DNA from: Candidatus Latescibacterota bacterium
Lineage (GTDB): Bacteria > Latescibacterota > UBA2968 > UBA8231
Length of the DNA: 64,000 nt
NCBI GenBank assembly: GCA_965248265.1
Contig: CBDFJF010000002.1
Coordinates: 3,424,001 to 3,488,000 of the forward strand
Direction: 5' to 3'
The notes below the pieces were generated by a model, which was given only the letters and a program-made list of their open reading frames with translations, was not told the origin of the DNA and did no database searches. Made by a program: the position numbers and the translations under genes. Position 1 is the first letter of the stretch, and each line of letters opens with the position of its first letter. Below, in pieces: positions 56,140-64,000 of the stretch.

Positions 56140-59100
56140 ATGAGCCAGGTACAAGAAACCAGTCGAGGGGGGGGATATACCTATCGTGAACTCGAGGCCA
56201 GGTGGCGCGAGCACTGGCTAAGTCACAAGACCTTCAAGACCCTGGTGCCTGGCGATGAGGGTTACGATCCAGAAAAGCCGAAATACTACGTCCTCGACAT
56301 GTTTCCCTACGCCAGCGGCACGGGGCTGCACATGGGCCATCCCAAGGGCTACATCGCCAGCGACATTTACTGTCGCTACAAGCAAATGCAGGGATTCAAC
56401 GTGCTGCATCCGATGGGCTTCGACAGCTTCGGATTGCCGGCAGAGCAGTTTGCTCGAGAGAACAACGTCCATCCGGCGCAGGCTACGGAAAAGATCATCG
56501 GGGTCGTTCGCGAGCAGCTCCAGATACTGGGCATGGCGTATGACTGGGACCGCGAGATCGCCACTTCACGGCAGGATTATTACCGCTGGACGCAGTGGAT
56601 CTTCCAACAGCTGTTCCACAGCTGGTTTGATCCTCACCATGAGTGGCAAGATGAGGCAGGCCGTGCCGTCACAGGCAAGGCGCGGCCGGTGTCTGAGTTG
56701 TGCGACGAGTTCTCCACCGGTAGCCGATCTCTGACTGACGATGATCTGCTCAGCGTCAGCTCAGACGCTGACGCGTCAACGCCTCCTGCCTGGAGCTCAT
56801 TGGACGAGGCCCAACGAGCTGCCGTGCTCAACAACTACCGAATCGCCTATCAGAAGGAAGTGACCGTCAATTGGTGCCCGGGACTCGGAACGGTCCTGGC
56901 CAACGAGGAAGTCACGAACGAGGGCAGGAGTGAGCGCGGAGATCTCCCGGTCTACACACGTCCGCTCAAGCAATGGGTGATGCGAATTACCGCGTATGCT
57001 GACCGTCTTCTGGAGGATCTGGTCGCCGTCGGCATGCCAGACGGCAGCGGAGGTACCTACCAGCTCGACTGGCCCGAAGCGATCAAGCTCATGCAGCGCA
57101 ATTGGATCGGACGCAGCACGGGTGCCGAGGTGCTGTTCGACGTGCCGGAGCCGGGGTCAGAAAATGATGAAGTGTTGACCCGCCTGAATGTGTTCACCAC
57201 GCGACCTGATACTCTCTTTGGTGCGACGTTCATGGTCGTGGCTCCCGAGCATCCATTGCTGGACGAAAATGAGCCAGAGTTCGCGGTGCCGACGTCGTGG
57301 CCTGATGGCACCAATTCCGCCTGGAAGGGGGACGATCCCTCGCTCGAGATCCGCGATGCGATCTCTACCTACGTCGAGACCGCCGCCGCTCGCACTGCCC
57401 ATCAGCAGCGTACGGAGCGTGAGAAAAGCGGCGTCTTCACGGGAATCCTCGCGCAGAACCCGGTTAGCGGGGCGATGATACCGATCTTCGTAGCCGACTA
57501 TGTCTCCATGGACTACGGCACCGGAGCTATCATGGCGGTGCCGGCTCACGACGAGCGCGATCACGAGTTCGCACAAAAGTACGAGCTCGACATTGCGCAG
57601 GTCGTGAGTCCGAGGGACGGCGCTGAAGAGAGTGACGCATGTTTCACGGGGGAGGGGATCGCGTGCAATTCCCCCCAGGGTAGTGACAACTCTCCGTACG
57701 AGATCAACGGTCGCCCCACGGCGGATGCAATCGCCCACATCACGGAAGCGCTCGAACGCGAAGAGGTCGGAAGCGCAGCGGTAAGTTACAAACTGCGTGA
57801 CTGGATCTTTTCTCGACAGTGGTACTGGGGTGAGCCGTTTCCGCTGGCAACGCACCCGGATGGCTACTCCGTGTCGACGGAAGTCCCCGTCATCTTGCCC
57901 GAGATGGAGGACTTTCAACCCAAGATATCGGACGATCCAAACCACCCTATCTCACCCCCCTTGAGCAGGGCAGGGAATGAATGGCTGGACGTAGAAGTCG
58001 ATGGCATAGTATGCCGAAGGGAGCTCGACGTTATGCCTCAGTGGGCCGGCTCCTGCTGGTATTATTTGCGTTTTATCGATCCCCACAACAGTGAGACCTT
58101 CTGCGCCGAAGATGCCGAGCGCAGTTTCATGCCGGTCGACCTTTACATAGGGGGAGCTGAGCATGCAGTCCTGCACCTGCTGTACGCGCGTTTCTGGCAC
58201 AAAGCACTGTTCGATCTTGGCCACGTATCGACACCCGAGCCGTTCAGGAAGTATTTCAACCAGGGCATGATCACGGCCGATGCCTTCGCTGACAGCCGGG
58301 GGACGTACGTCGATATCCGCGAAGTTGATATTCGTGACGGCGAGCCGTTCCACTCCGAGACGGATGAGAAGCTCACGCGATTTGCCGGCAAGATGGGCAA
58401 GCGCTACAAGAACGGCCTGCCACCGGAAGAGGTCGGAGCCGAGTACGGGATCGATACCTTACGGCTGTACGAAATGTACATGGGACCACTGGAGGCGAGT
58501 GCACCCTGGAGCATGGAAGGGATTCGTGGCATGCAGCGCTTCCTCCACAGAGTCTGGCGCAACTTTGTCGATCGCGATGGCTCGCCGAAGGTGACGGAGG
58601 AGGGCGCAGAAAACGGTAGTGGCAGCGACTCTGAGGATCTCCCAAAGCTCCTGCACAAAACCATCGACAAGGTCACCGCTGACATCGAGGAGCTGCGCTT
58701 CAACACTGCTATCGCCGCCCTCATCGAGTTCAACAACGCCCTGGTCAGCCGCCAATCGGTGCCCAGAGTGATCGCTCAGGATTTCATTCGACTGCTGGCG
58801 CCCCTGGCACCACACCTGGCCGAGGAACTGTGGGAGCGATGGGGATTCGGATCCGGCGACATCTCGCGTCAAGACTGGCCCGAGGTTGACCGGAACGTTC
58901 TGGTGGAGGAGACCTGTGTATTGCCTGTGCAGGTAAATGGCAAAGTCAGAGCCAGTATCCAGGTCCCAGTCGAAATTTCAGATGGCGAGTTGCGTCCGAT
59001 CGTCCTGGATCTGGAAAACGTGCGCCGGCATCTACCCGACTCAGGCGAAATCAAGCGCTTCATACTGGTGCCAGGAAAAATCGTCAACATCGTGGCCTGA
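56140..59100 (+). CDS. leuS: Leucine--tRNA ligase
   Basis: YVLDMFPY.SG.GLHMGH, FTTRPDT, GTGAIMAVPAHD, YIGG.EHAVLHLLY, QVNGKVR. Confidence 0.97.
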   Translation: MSQVQETSRGGGYTYRELEARWREHWLSHKTFKTLVPGDEGYDPEKPKYYVLDMFPYASGTGLHMGHPKGYIASDIYCRYKQMQGFNVLHPMGFDSFGLPAEQFARENNVHPAQATEKIIGVVREQLQILGMAYDWDREIATSRQDYYRWTQWIFQQLFHSWFDPHHEWQDEAGRAVTGKARPVSELCDEFSTGSRSLTDDDLLSVSSDADASTPPAWSSLDEAQRAAVLNNYRIAYQKEVTVNWCPGLGTVLANEEVTNEGRSERGDLPVYTRPLKQWVMRITAYADRLLEDLVAVGMPDGSGGTYQLDWPEAIKLMQRNWIGRSTGAEVLFDVPEPGSENDEVLTRLNVFTTRPDTLFGATFMVVAPEHPLLDENEPEFAVPTSWPDGTNSAWKGDDPSLEIRDAISTYVETAAARTAHQQRTEREKSGVFTGILAQNPVSGAMIPIFVADYVSMDYGTGAIMAVPAHDERDHEFAQKYELDIAQVVSPRDGAEESDACFTGEGIACNSPQGSDNSPYEINGRPTADAIAHITEALEREEVGSAAVSYKLRDWIFSRQWYWGEPFPLATHPDGYSVSTEVPVILPEMEDFQPKISDDPNHPISPPLSRAGNEWLDVEVDGIVCRRELDVMPQWAGSCWYYLRFIDPHNSETFCAEDAERSFMPVDLYIGGAEHAVLHLLYARFWHKALFDLGHVSTPEPFRKYFNQGMITADAFADSRGTYVDIREVDIRDGEPFHSETDEKLTRFAGKMGKRYKNGLPPEEVGAEYGIDTLRLYEMYMGPLEASAPWSMEGIRGMQRFLHRVWRNFVDRDGSPKVTEEGAENGSGSDSEDLPKLLHKTIDKVTADIEELRFNTAIAALIEFNNALVSRQSVPRVIAQDFIRLLAPLAPHLAEELWERWGFGSGDISRQDWPEVDRNVLVEETCVLPVQVNGKVRASIQVPVEISDGELRPIVLDLENVRRHLPDSGEIKRFILVPGKIVNIVA

Positions 59101-59148
59101 ACATCAGCAACGGCCGCGCTTTGCCTGGTTATTTTCACAACAAACAGT

Positions 59149-59176
59149 ATGCCTTATAAGTTATTTTATGTCATTT
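59149..59176. other. dif-like site downstream of recombinase
   Basis: ATGCCTTATAA-GTTATT-TTATGTCATTT; right arm resembles XerD arm TTATGTTAAAT. Confidence 0.5.
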
Positions 59177-59352
59177 ACGGTGAAAACGTATGGTCTTTCA
59201 TGCTGAATAAGTTCGGCCTTTCGTTGGCAACGATCGCTGGGTCCTATTCAATGCACAATGTCGCATAAAGTACAACATTATGTAGCGTTTCAGATTGCGA
59301 TCAGGCCTCATCGTTCCGCACGTGACTCTAGCTGCTCGCCTCCGGAATGCGG

Positions 59353-60390
59353 CTACGGGACCCGGATGTAGTCGGAGGCGTTGTCGGTAAGACGCTCACG
59401 GTTCTCGTAATACCGCATCGTCGTTTTCAAGTCCTTGTGTCGCAGGTGCGCCTGGACTTGCTGCGGCTTGGCTCCGCCCTCAATGGATAGCGTGCAACAG
59501 GTGTGCCTGAACATATGAGCAGTTACTTTATGGTCGAGTCCCGCGCGTAGTGCATACTTCCTGGCAATGTGGTTGACCGACTGATCCGAGAGGGGTTTTC
59601 CGTGTGACTGATTGCGGGACAAGCTGATAAAGGCTTTTCCTCCGTTGGCGTCGTATCCGTGAGCCAGCAGGACATCCCGGTATTGTTGTAGGAAATGGAC
59701 GACGACCGATTGGAGTTTGATATCCTGCGGAACACCGGATTTCGTCGTCGGTAGCGACAGTATGTAGAAGGCGCCGTCTTGAGAGAGGTCTGCCCAGGAG
59801 ATATTGGCGACTTCGGAGCGCCGCAGTCCGCCGTAAGTGAGCAGGTACAGGATGGCTTGATCCCGTGCCCGATGCAGTTCATCTTCCTCCTCTTCCACGG
59901 CCTTGAAGATCTGCTGGAGGCGCCTCTGGTCGATGGATTTGCCGGCCAGGGTTTCGTCCACCCGAAAGCCTCTGACAAGCGTTGAATCAGCAGGATTCTG
60001 TTCGATTACCTGGGCAGCGATCATCATCCGGAAAAACGCCTTCAGGCTCGAGAGTTTGCGATTTATGGTCGTGCGTTTGCGGCCGAGAGCCGCAAGGCCG
60101 TTGCGATAGTCTATGATGTCGGTGAAGGTGATGGCACGCACATCTGCCGGGGTTATCCGGTCAGTGTCGAAAAACTCGCAAATATCTGCGTAGTAAGCTT
60201 TTCTCGTTCTCTCAGTGAGCTGACCAGCGAGAAATTGGCCGAGGGGATCTTCCTCGATTTTCCTCAGCGCACGATTCTTCGGTACGCCGTCTTTGGCGTC
60301 CTTTACAACGGCAATTTCCACAGGATCGTGTCCTACTGTCGTAATCGCGGACGGAATGAATCCACTGGGAAGGCTGCACGGGGACGCCAA
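59353..60390 (-). CDS. Xer-like tyrosine recombinase (start uncertain)
   Basis: T..AY..D, TINRKLSSLK.FF, RD.AI..L...GLRRSEV, K, HMFRH, LRH, TMRY; no arm-binding domain. Confidence 0.93.
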   Translation of the reverse strand: MASPCSLPSGFIPSAITTVGHDPVEIAVVKDAKDGVPKNRALRKIEEDPLGQFLAGQLTERTRKAYYADICEFFDTDRITPADVRAITFTDIIDYRNGLAALGRKRTTINRKLSSLKAFFRMMIAAQVIEQNPADSTLVRGFRVDETLAGKSIDQRRLQQIFKAVEEEEDELHRARDQAILYLLTYGGLRRSEVANISWADLSQDGAFYILSLPTTKSGVPQDIKLQSVVVHFLQQYRDVLLAHGYDANGGKAFISLSRNQSHGKPLSDQSVNHIARKYALRAGLDHKVTAHMFRHTCCTLSIEGGAKPQQVQAHLRHKDLKTTMRYYENRERLTDNASDYIRVP

Positions 60391-60646
60391 ATATACAGAG
60401 GTCCTGAAGATTCGTCACTTAAAAACATATCTAAGGACATGAGGAGAATTGCAGAAAGCGGCCGATAAGTGTGGGAAAAGCGTCTATAAGTGAGAAAATC
60501 AGGCTGGCTTTCTTTGGCATCCTTTGGGCGATAACGATCGAGTTGACATTTTCGTTAGTATACTAGATTTAAATTTGCCCTATATAAAGCCACTGAACCT
60601 GTTGCTATTAAATGACATGTGACATTAGGTCTTATCTATACCCTTA

Positions 60647-60674
60647 ACTAACGATAACAAGAATTATCGTTAGT
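60647..60674. other. Perfect palindromic 11-6-11 recombinase site upstream of the tyrosine recombinase
   Basis: ACTAACGATAA-CAAGAA-TTATCGTTAGT. Confidence 0.8.
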
Positions 60675-60748
60675 ATAATATTAGTATGGTTTGAGCACTA
60701 ACGGGAGGATTAGAGTCTCTTTCTGACTGCAGGACTCGCCAGCTCGCT

Positions 60749-60776
60749 TGTGTACATAAATTGAGTTATGCGACAC
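60749..60776. other. dif-like site (XerC/XerD-type arms)
   Basis: Minus strand GTGTCGCATAA-CTCAAT-TTATGTACACA, compared with E. coli dif GGTGCGCATAA-TGTATA-TTATGTTAAAT. Confidence 0.6.
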
Positions 60777-60826
60777 AATGTTCACTCGGACGACCTAGAG
60801 TATGCTTCGGATGCGCTTTGAACTCT

Positions 60827-62617
60827 TCAAGTACGTCCAAACAGTTTGTCGAACTCGCGCAACGGGATCTTGACGAAAATGGGTCGTCCATGTGGACACA
60901 CAAACGGTTCTTTAGCCTGAAGCAGTCGCCCAATCAGCGTTTTCATCTGCTCTGCGGAGAGCCGCTCTCCGGCTCTGATCGAGGTGTGACAGGCCATCGA
61001 GGCCGCAACGGCCTCCCGCAGATGGGCCCGCACCTCGATTTCCTCCAACAATTCACCAATAATGCTGTGAAAGATCTCGCCGTCATGCCAATTCTTGAGT
61101 TCCGCCGGAACGGATTCGACGCGAAGCTCATTTGGCTTGGTGGTCTCGATCTCGAAGCCAATTTTCTCGAAATAATCCTTGGCCTCGGAGAATGCGTCCA
61201 TTTCGACGGGACTTAATTCCACGACAATCGGAAACAGGAGCCGTTGTGAGGAGGCTCCCTCGGCCTCCATTCGGTCCAGAACCTCCTCGAAACGCACCCG
61301 TTCGTGAGCAACATGCTGGTCGATGACGAGGAGGCCATCCGGAATCAGCGACAGGATGTACTTGCTGTGAACCTGCCATAACACTGCCTCAGAGCCGTGG
61401 GGGAAAAGGGCGCTGTCAGGATCCCCCTCCCCTTCTGCCGTGTTGGCGGTACGTGGAGTCAGCGGTATTCCCTTCAGTTGGGACGGCGCCAGCAAGGACA
61501 GGGACATCTGGGGTTCCTGTCCCGGCGAATCGGAGTTTTCTGGTTGATACGGAAGGAACGCAGGCCTCGGCTCTCCAGCTATCGATGCACCATCCGAAAT
61601 CGATGCAGGAAGGAACACGGTGCCCCTGTTGGGGGCGGTCTCTAGAGCACGCTGCACGGCCAGACACACAGCATCACGAACCTCGCGGATGGCGCTGAGC
61701 TTCACCTCGCGCTTGGTGGGGTGAACGTTGACGTCCACCTGACGCGGATCCAGGTCCAGCCACAGCACGAAGAGCGGATGTCGACCGTGAGGCAGCAAGC
61801 CGCCAAAGGCTGTGTAGATGGACTGATTGATCTCGCGCGAGTACACGGGACGTCGGCGCACCACGCAGAACTGCTTGGCGCGCGATTTCCTGCATTCTGC
61901 CGGTGTCGACATCCACAGCTCAGCGGTGATTCCATCCTGGTGTGTGGTGGCATGGAGCAAGTCTGTCCCCGGCAGGCCAAGTATGTCAGCAGCTCGGTCC
62001 TCCTTGCTTCCTGAACGCAGGTCCAGGGTTGTCCTGTCCTCGTGCTTGAGCTGGAAAGCAACCTCAGGGTACGCGGACGCGAGTTGAATGACGGTCTGCG
62101 TCACGTACCTCGCCTCAGTTTCCGCATGACGCAGAAACTTTCGGCGCGCCGGCGTGTTAAAGAAAAGACTGCGTACTCCAATGGAAGTCCCCACGTTTCG
62201 AGCAGTGGCGCCCAATTGGCGACGGATACCCCCTTCGATGACGAGGCGGGTGCCCTCCTGTTCCTCTCGCCAGCGCGTGTCGATGGTCATGCGCGATGCC
62301 GCTGCGATGCTGGCCAGGGCTTCGCCGCGAAAGCCAAGGGTGTCGATGTCGAACAGATCGGTGGGACCCCTCAATTTGCTGGTCGCATGACGTTCGACGC
62401 ACAGTTCCGTGTCCTCTCGTGACATCCCGGAGCCGTCGTCGGAGATGACGATACTCTGCCGACCTCCAGCACCGATTTCGACCGTTACTTTCCCGGCCCC
62501 TGCATCCAGAGAGTTTTCGACGAGTTCCTTCACCACGGAGGCCGGCCGGTCCACGACTTCGCCCGCGGCGATCTTGCTGATCACGTTCTCAGAGAGGATG
62601 TGGATTCTTGTGGTCAT
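60827..62617 (-). CDS. mutL: DNA mismatch repair endonuclease MutL
   Basis: [60 protein letters not shown]. Confidence 0.98.
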   Translation of the reverse strand: MTTRIHILSENVISKIAAGEVVDRPASVVKELVENSLDAGAGKVTVEIGAGGRQSIVISDDGSGMSREDTELCVERHATSKLRGPTDLFDIDTLGFRGEALASIAAASRMTIDTRWREEQEGTRLVIEGGIRRQLGATARNVGTSIGVRSLFFNTPARRKFLRHAETEARYVTQTVIQLASAYPEVAFQLKHEDRTTLDLRSGSKEDRAADILGLPGTDLLHATTHQDGITAELWMSTPAECRKSRAKQFCVVRRRPVYSREINQSIYTAFGGLLPHGRHPLFVLWLDLDPRQVDVNVHPTKREVKLSAIREVRDAVCLAVQRALETAPNRGTVFLPASISDGASIAGEPRPAFLPYQPENSDSPGQEPQMSLSLLAPSQLKGIPLTPRTANTAEGEGDPDSALFPHGSEAVLWQVHSKYILSLIPDGLLVIDQHVAHERVRFEEVLDRMEAEGASSQRLLFPIVVELSPVEMDAFSEAKDYFEKIGFEIETTKPNELRVESVPAELKNWHDGEIFHSIIGELLEEIEVRAHLREAVAASMACHTSIRAGERLSAEQMKTLIGRLLQAKEPFVCPHGRPIFVKIPLREFDKLFGRT

Positions 62618-63030
62618 TGGCGGTACATGACGCGGAAAGGAGTGTCTACAGCTCGGCGGAAATCGCTTCGGCTTTCCTGCGGTAGTCCTCTTGGGAGATC
62701 TCGCCGCTTTTCAGGGCCTTGTCGAGTTTCATAAGCCTGCCGCGAGGGCTGTCCAACTGTTTCCCGGCCCCTGCATCCAGAGAGTTTTCGACGAGTTCCT
62801 TCACCACGGAGGCCGGCCGGTCCACGACTTCGCCCGCGGCGATCTTGCTGATCACGTTCTCAGAGAGGATGTGGATTCTTGTGGTCATTGGCGGTACATG
62901 ACGCGGAAAGGAGTGTCTACAGCTCGGCGGAAATCGCTTCGGCTTTCCTGCGGTAGTCCTCTTGGGAGATCTCGCCGCTTTTCAGGGCCTTGTCGAGTTT
63001 CATAAGCCTGCCGCGAGGGCTGTCCAACTG
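62489..63030. repeat. Apparently exact 271-bp tandem duplication (62489-62759 and 62760-63030)
   Basis: Copies look identical and span the mutL 5' end and the upstream gene 3' end; TTT microhomology at the junction. Confidence 0.95.
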
Positions 63031-63519
63031 TTTGCTTCGTTTGGCCTGGGCGACGATGTAGTAGAGCCCAACGCCCAACAGGATCGCCATCAGTACCCAG
63101 CCCGTCTGTTGTCCTCGGGCCCTCTTTGCTGACGCTGCGTCATCCGCGGGTCGCACCTCGATTCCCCCATCTCGCCATTGATTCATTTGCTCCCGCGTCG
63201 GTTGTGAGCTGAGATCGACTGACACCAGCTGCCCCCTGCGTGGCCTAGCTCCGACGCCGGTTTGCTCCTCTACCGTGACTTCGGTTGCCAGAACACAGAT
63301 GAGCCAACGATCACCCACGGTTATGGCCTTTACCTGCTGATCGTCGAGGAGCCCCTGGAAGGTACCTTCAGATACTGAGATTTCATCTGGGCTCAACACG
63401 TTCATCAACACCACGATGATGGTCAAGGCTCCCGCCAGCAGCAAACTCAACTTCCGGTACGAAACGGAACCTTCGAGTCCTTCGTCATCGGGGGCAGTAT
63501 CAACCGAGTCTGGCTTCAC
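62917..63519 (-). CDS. Two-TM membrane protein with FtsH-extracellular-like region and C-terminal SHOCT-like motif
   Basis: Two hydrophobic helices; L.KL......GEISQEDY; GTG start with GAGGTG RBS inferred. Confidence 0.65.
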   Translation of the reverse strand: MKPDSVDTAPDDEGLEGSVSYRKLSLLLAGALTIIVVLMNVLSPDEISVSEGTFQGLLDDQQVKAITVGDRWLICVLATEVTVEEQTGVGARPRRGQLVSVDLSSQPTREQMNQWRDGGIEVRPADDAASAKRARGQQTGWVLMAILLGVGLYYIVAQAKRSKQLDSPRGRLMKLDKALKSGEISQEDYRRKAEAISAEL

Positions 63520-63940
63520 GTCGTGGCACCTCTGTGTTGTGACGAGCGGATTGATGGATCCAGTCTGCGACAAACAAGCCCTCGACGAAGGCTGTCTCCA
63601 CGGAGGTTTGCTCCACGGCCTGACTGGGTGTCTCAGTAGTCGCTTGGCCAAACTCTTCGTACGTCTCGCGCAAGCCGATGGCATCACTCGGGTGCAGGTC
63701 CACCTCGAAAGCAGCACTGCCTTTGCTCCCATACACAGCGATGCAAACGCGGGCACGGGACCCCAGTGCATTGATCTGAAGCGTCCCCTCTGTCGCGTCC
63801 TTGAAGCGCAATTGGACTACCGCTATGTCCTCCTGTGGCCGGTTGGCGACGAGACTTCTTGTGCGTGCGTAGATCGTGTCTATCGGCCCGAAGCAATGTT
63901 GAAGAAGCACCGCAAACGGGGCTGCGAATTCGGCTACCAC
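63500..63940 (-). CDS. Hypothetical protein (may extend beyond window)
   Basis: 146-aa ORF co-oriented with mutL. Confidence 0.45.
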   Translation of the reverse strand: MVAEFAAPFAVLLQHCFGPIDTIYARTRSLVANRPQEDIAVVQLRFKDATEGTLQINALGSRARVCIAVYGSKGSAAFEVDLHPSDAIGLRETYEEFGQATTETPSQAVEQTSVETAFVEGLFVADWIHQSARHNTEVPRREARLG

Positions 63941-64000
63941 CCCCTGCTGAGGGGGAGTGCATCTCGTCCAATCCCGAGGGATGAATACATCAAGGGCAAT

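Noticed and set aside
59258-59288. Additional dif site ATGTCGCATAA...TTATGTAGCGT
   Set aside because: The spacer is 9 bp rather than 6; at most a degenerate or accessory site, although TGTCGCATAA matches the 60749-76 arm
60543-60570. Sigma70 promoter TTGACA...TATACT
   Set aside because: Spacing between the boxes is 10 bp, not about 17; the adjacent TTTTCGTTAGT is only a lone half-site
62646-62888. Second mutL gene
   Set aside because: A chimeric product of the 271-bp duplication containing only ~43 MutL residues

Overview
Bases 1-~39,360 are the right-hand part of a temperate, podovirus-like prophage whose left end lies outside the window. It carries ERF, Gam-like and SSB genes, many small HTH and hypothetical genes, terminase, portal, scaffold and capsid genes, three glycosyltransferases, tail and ejection proteins, an S74-type tail fibre and a tyrosine integrase. 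It abuts the 5' end of a tRNA-Gly(CCC). The rest is GC-rich bacterial core genome: der, rimP-nusA-infB-rbfA-truB-riboflavin kinase-rpsO-pnp, asnS and leuS on +, then an AT-rich island with a Xer-like tyrosine recombinase, then mutL on -. Four signals stand out. (1) Four dif-like 11-6-11 sites sharing the arm TTATCGTTAGT sit exactly at gene boundaries in the prophage (6611-7515), and the same arm forms a perfect palindrome (60647-60674) upstream of the host recombinase, suggesting a Xer-type gene-cassette array. (2) A ~320-nt candidate ncRNA (3602-3921) is closed by long-range pairing and contains a pseudoknot, an atypical tRNA-like domain and CCGA repeats. (3) The palindrome GTTTAAAC is strongly enriched in the prophage only. 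(4) The prophage joins the tRNA on its 5' side through an 11-bp inverted copy of the tRNA 3' end. All product calls come from motif recognition by eye; no database searches were run.
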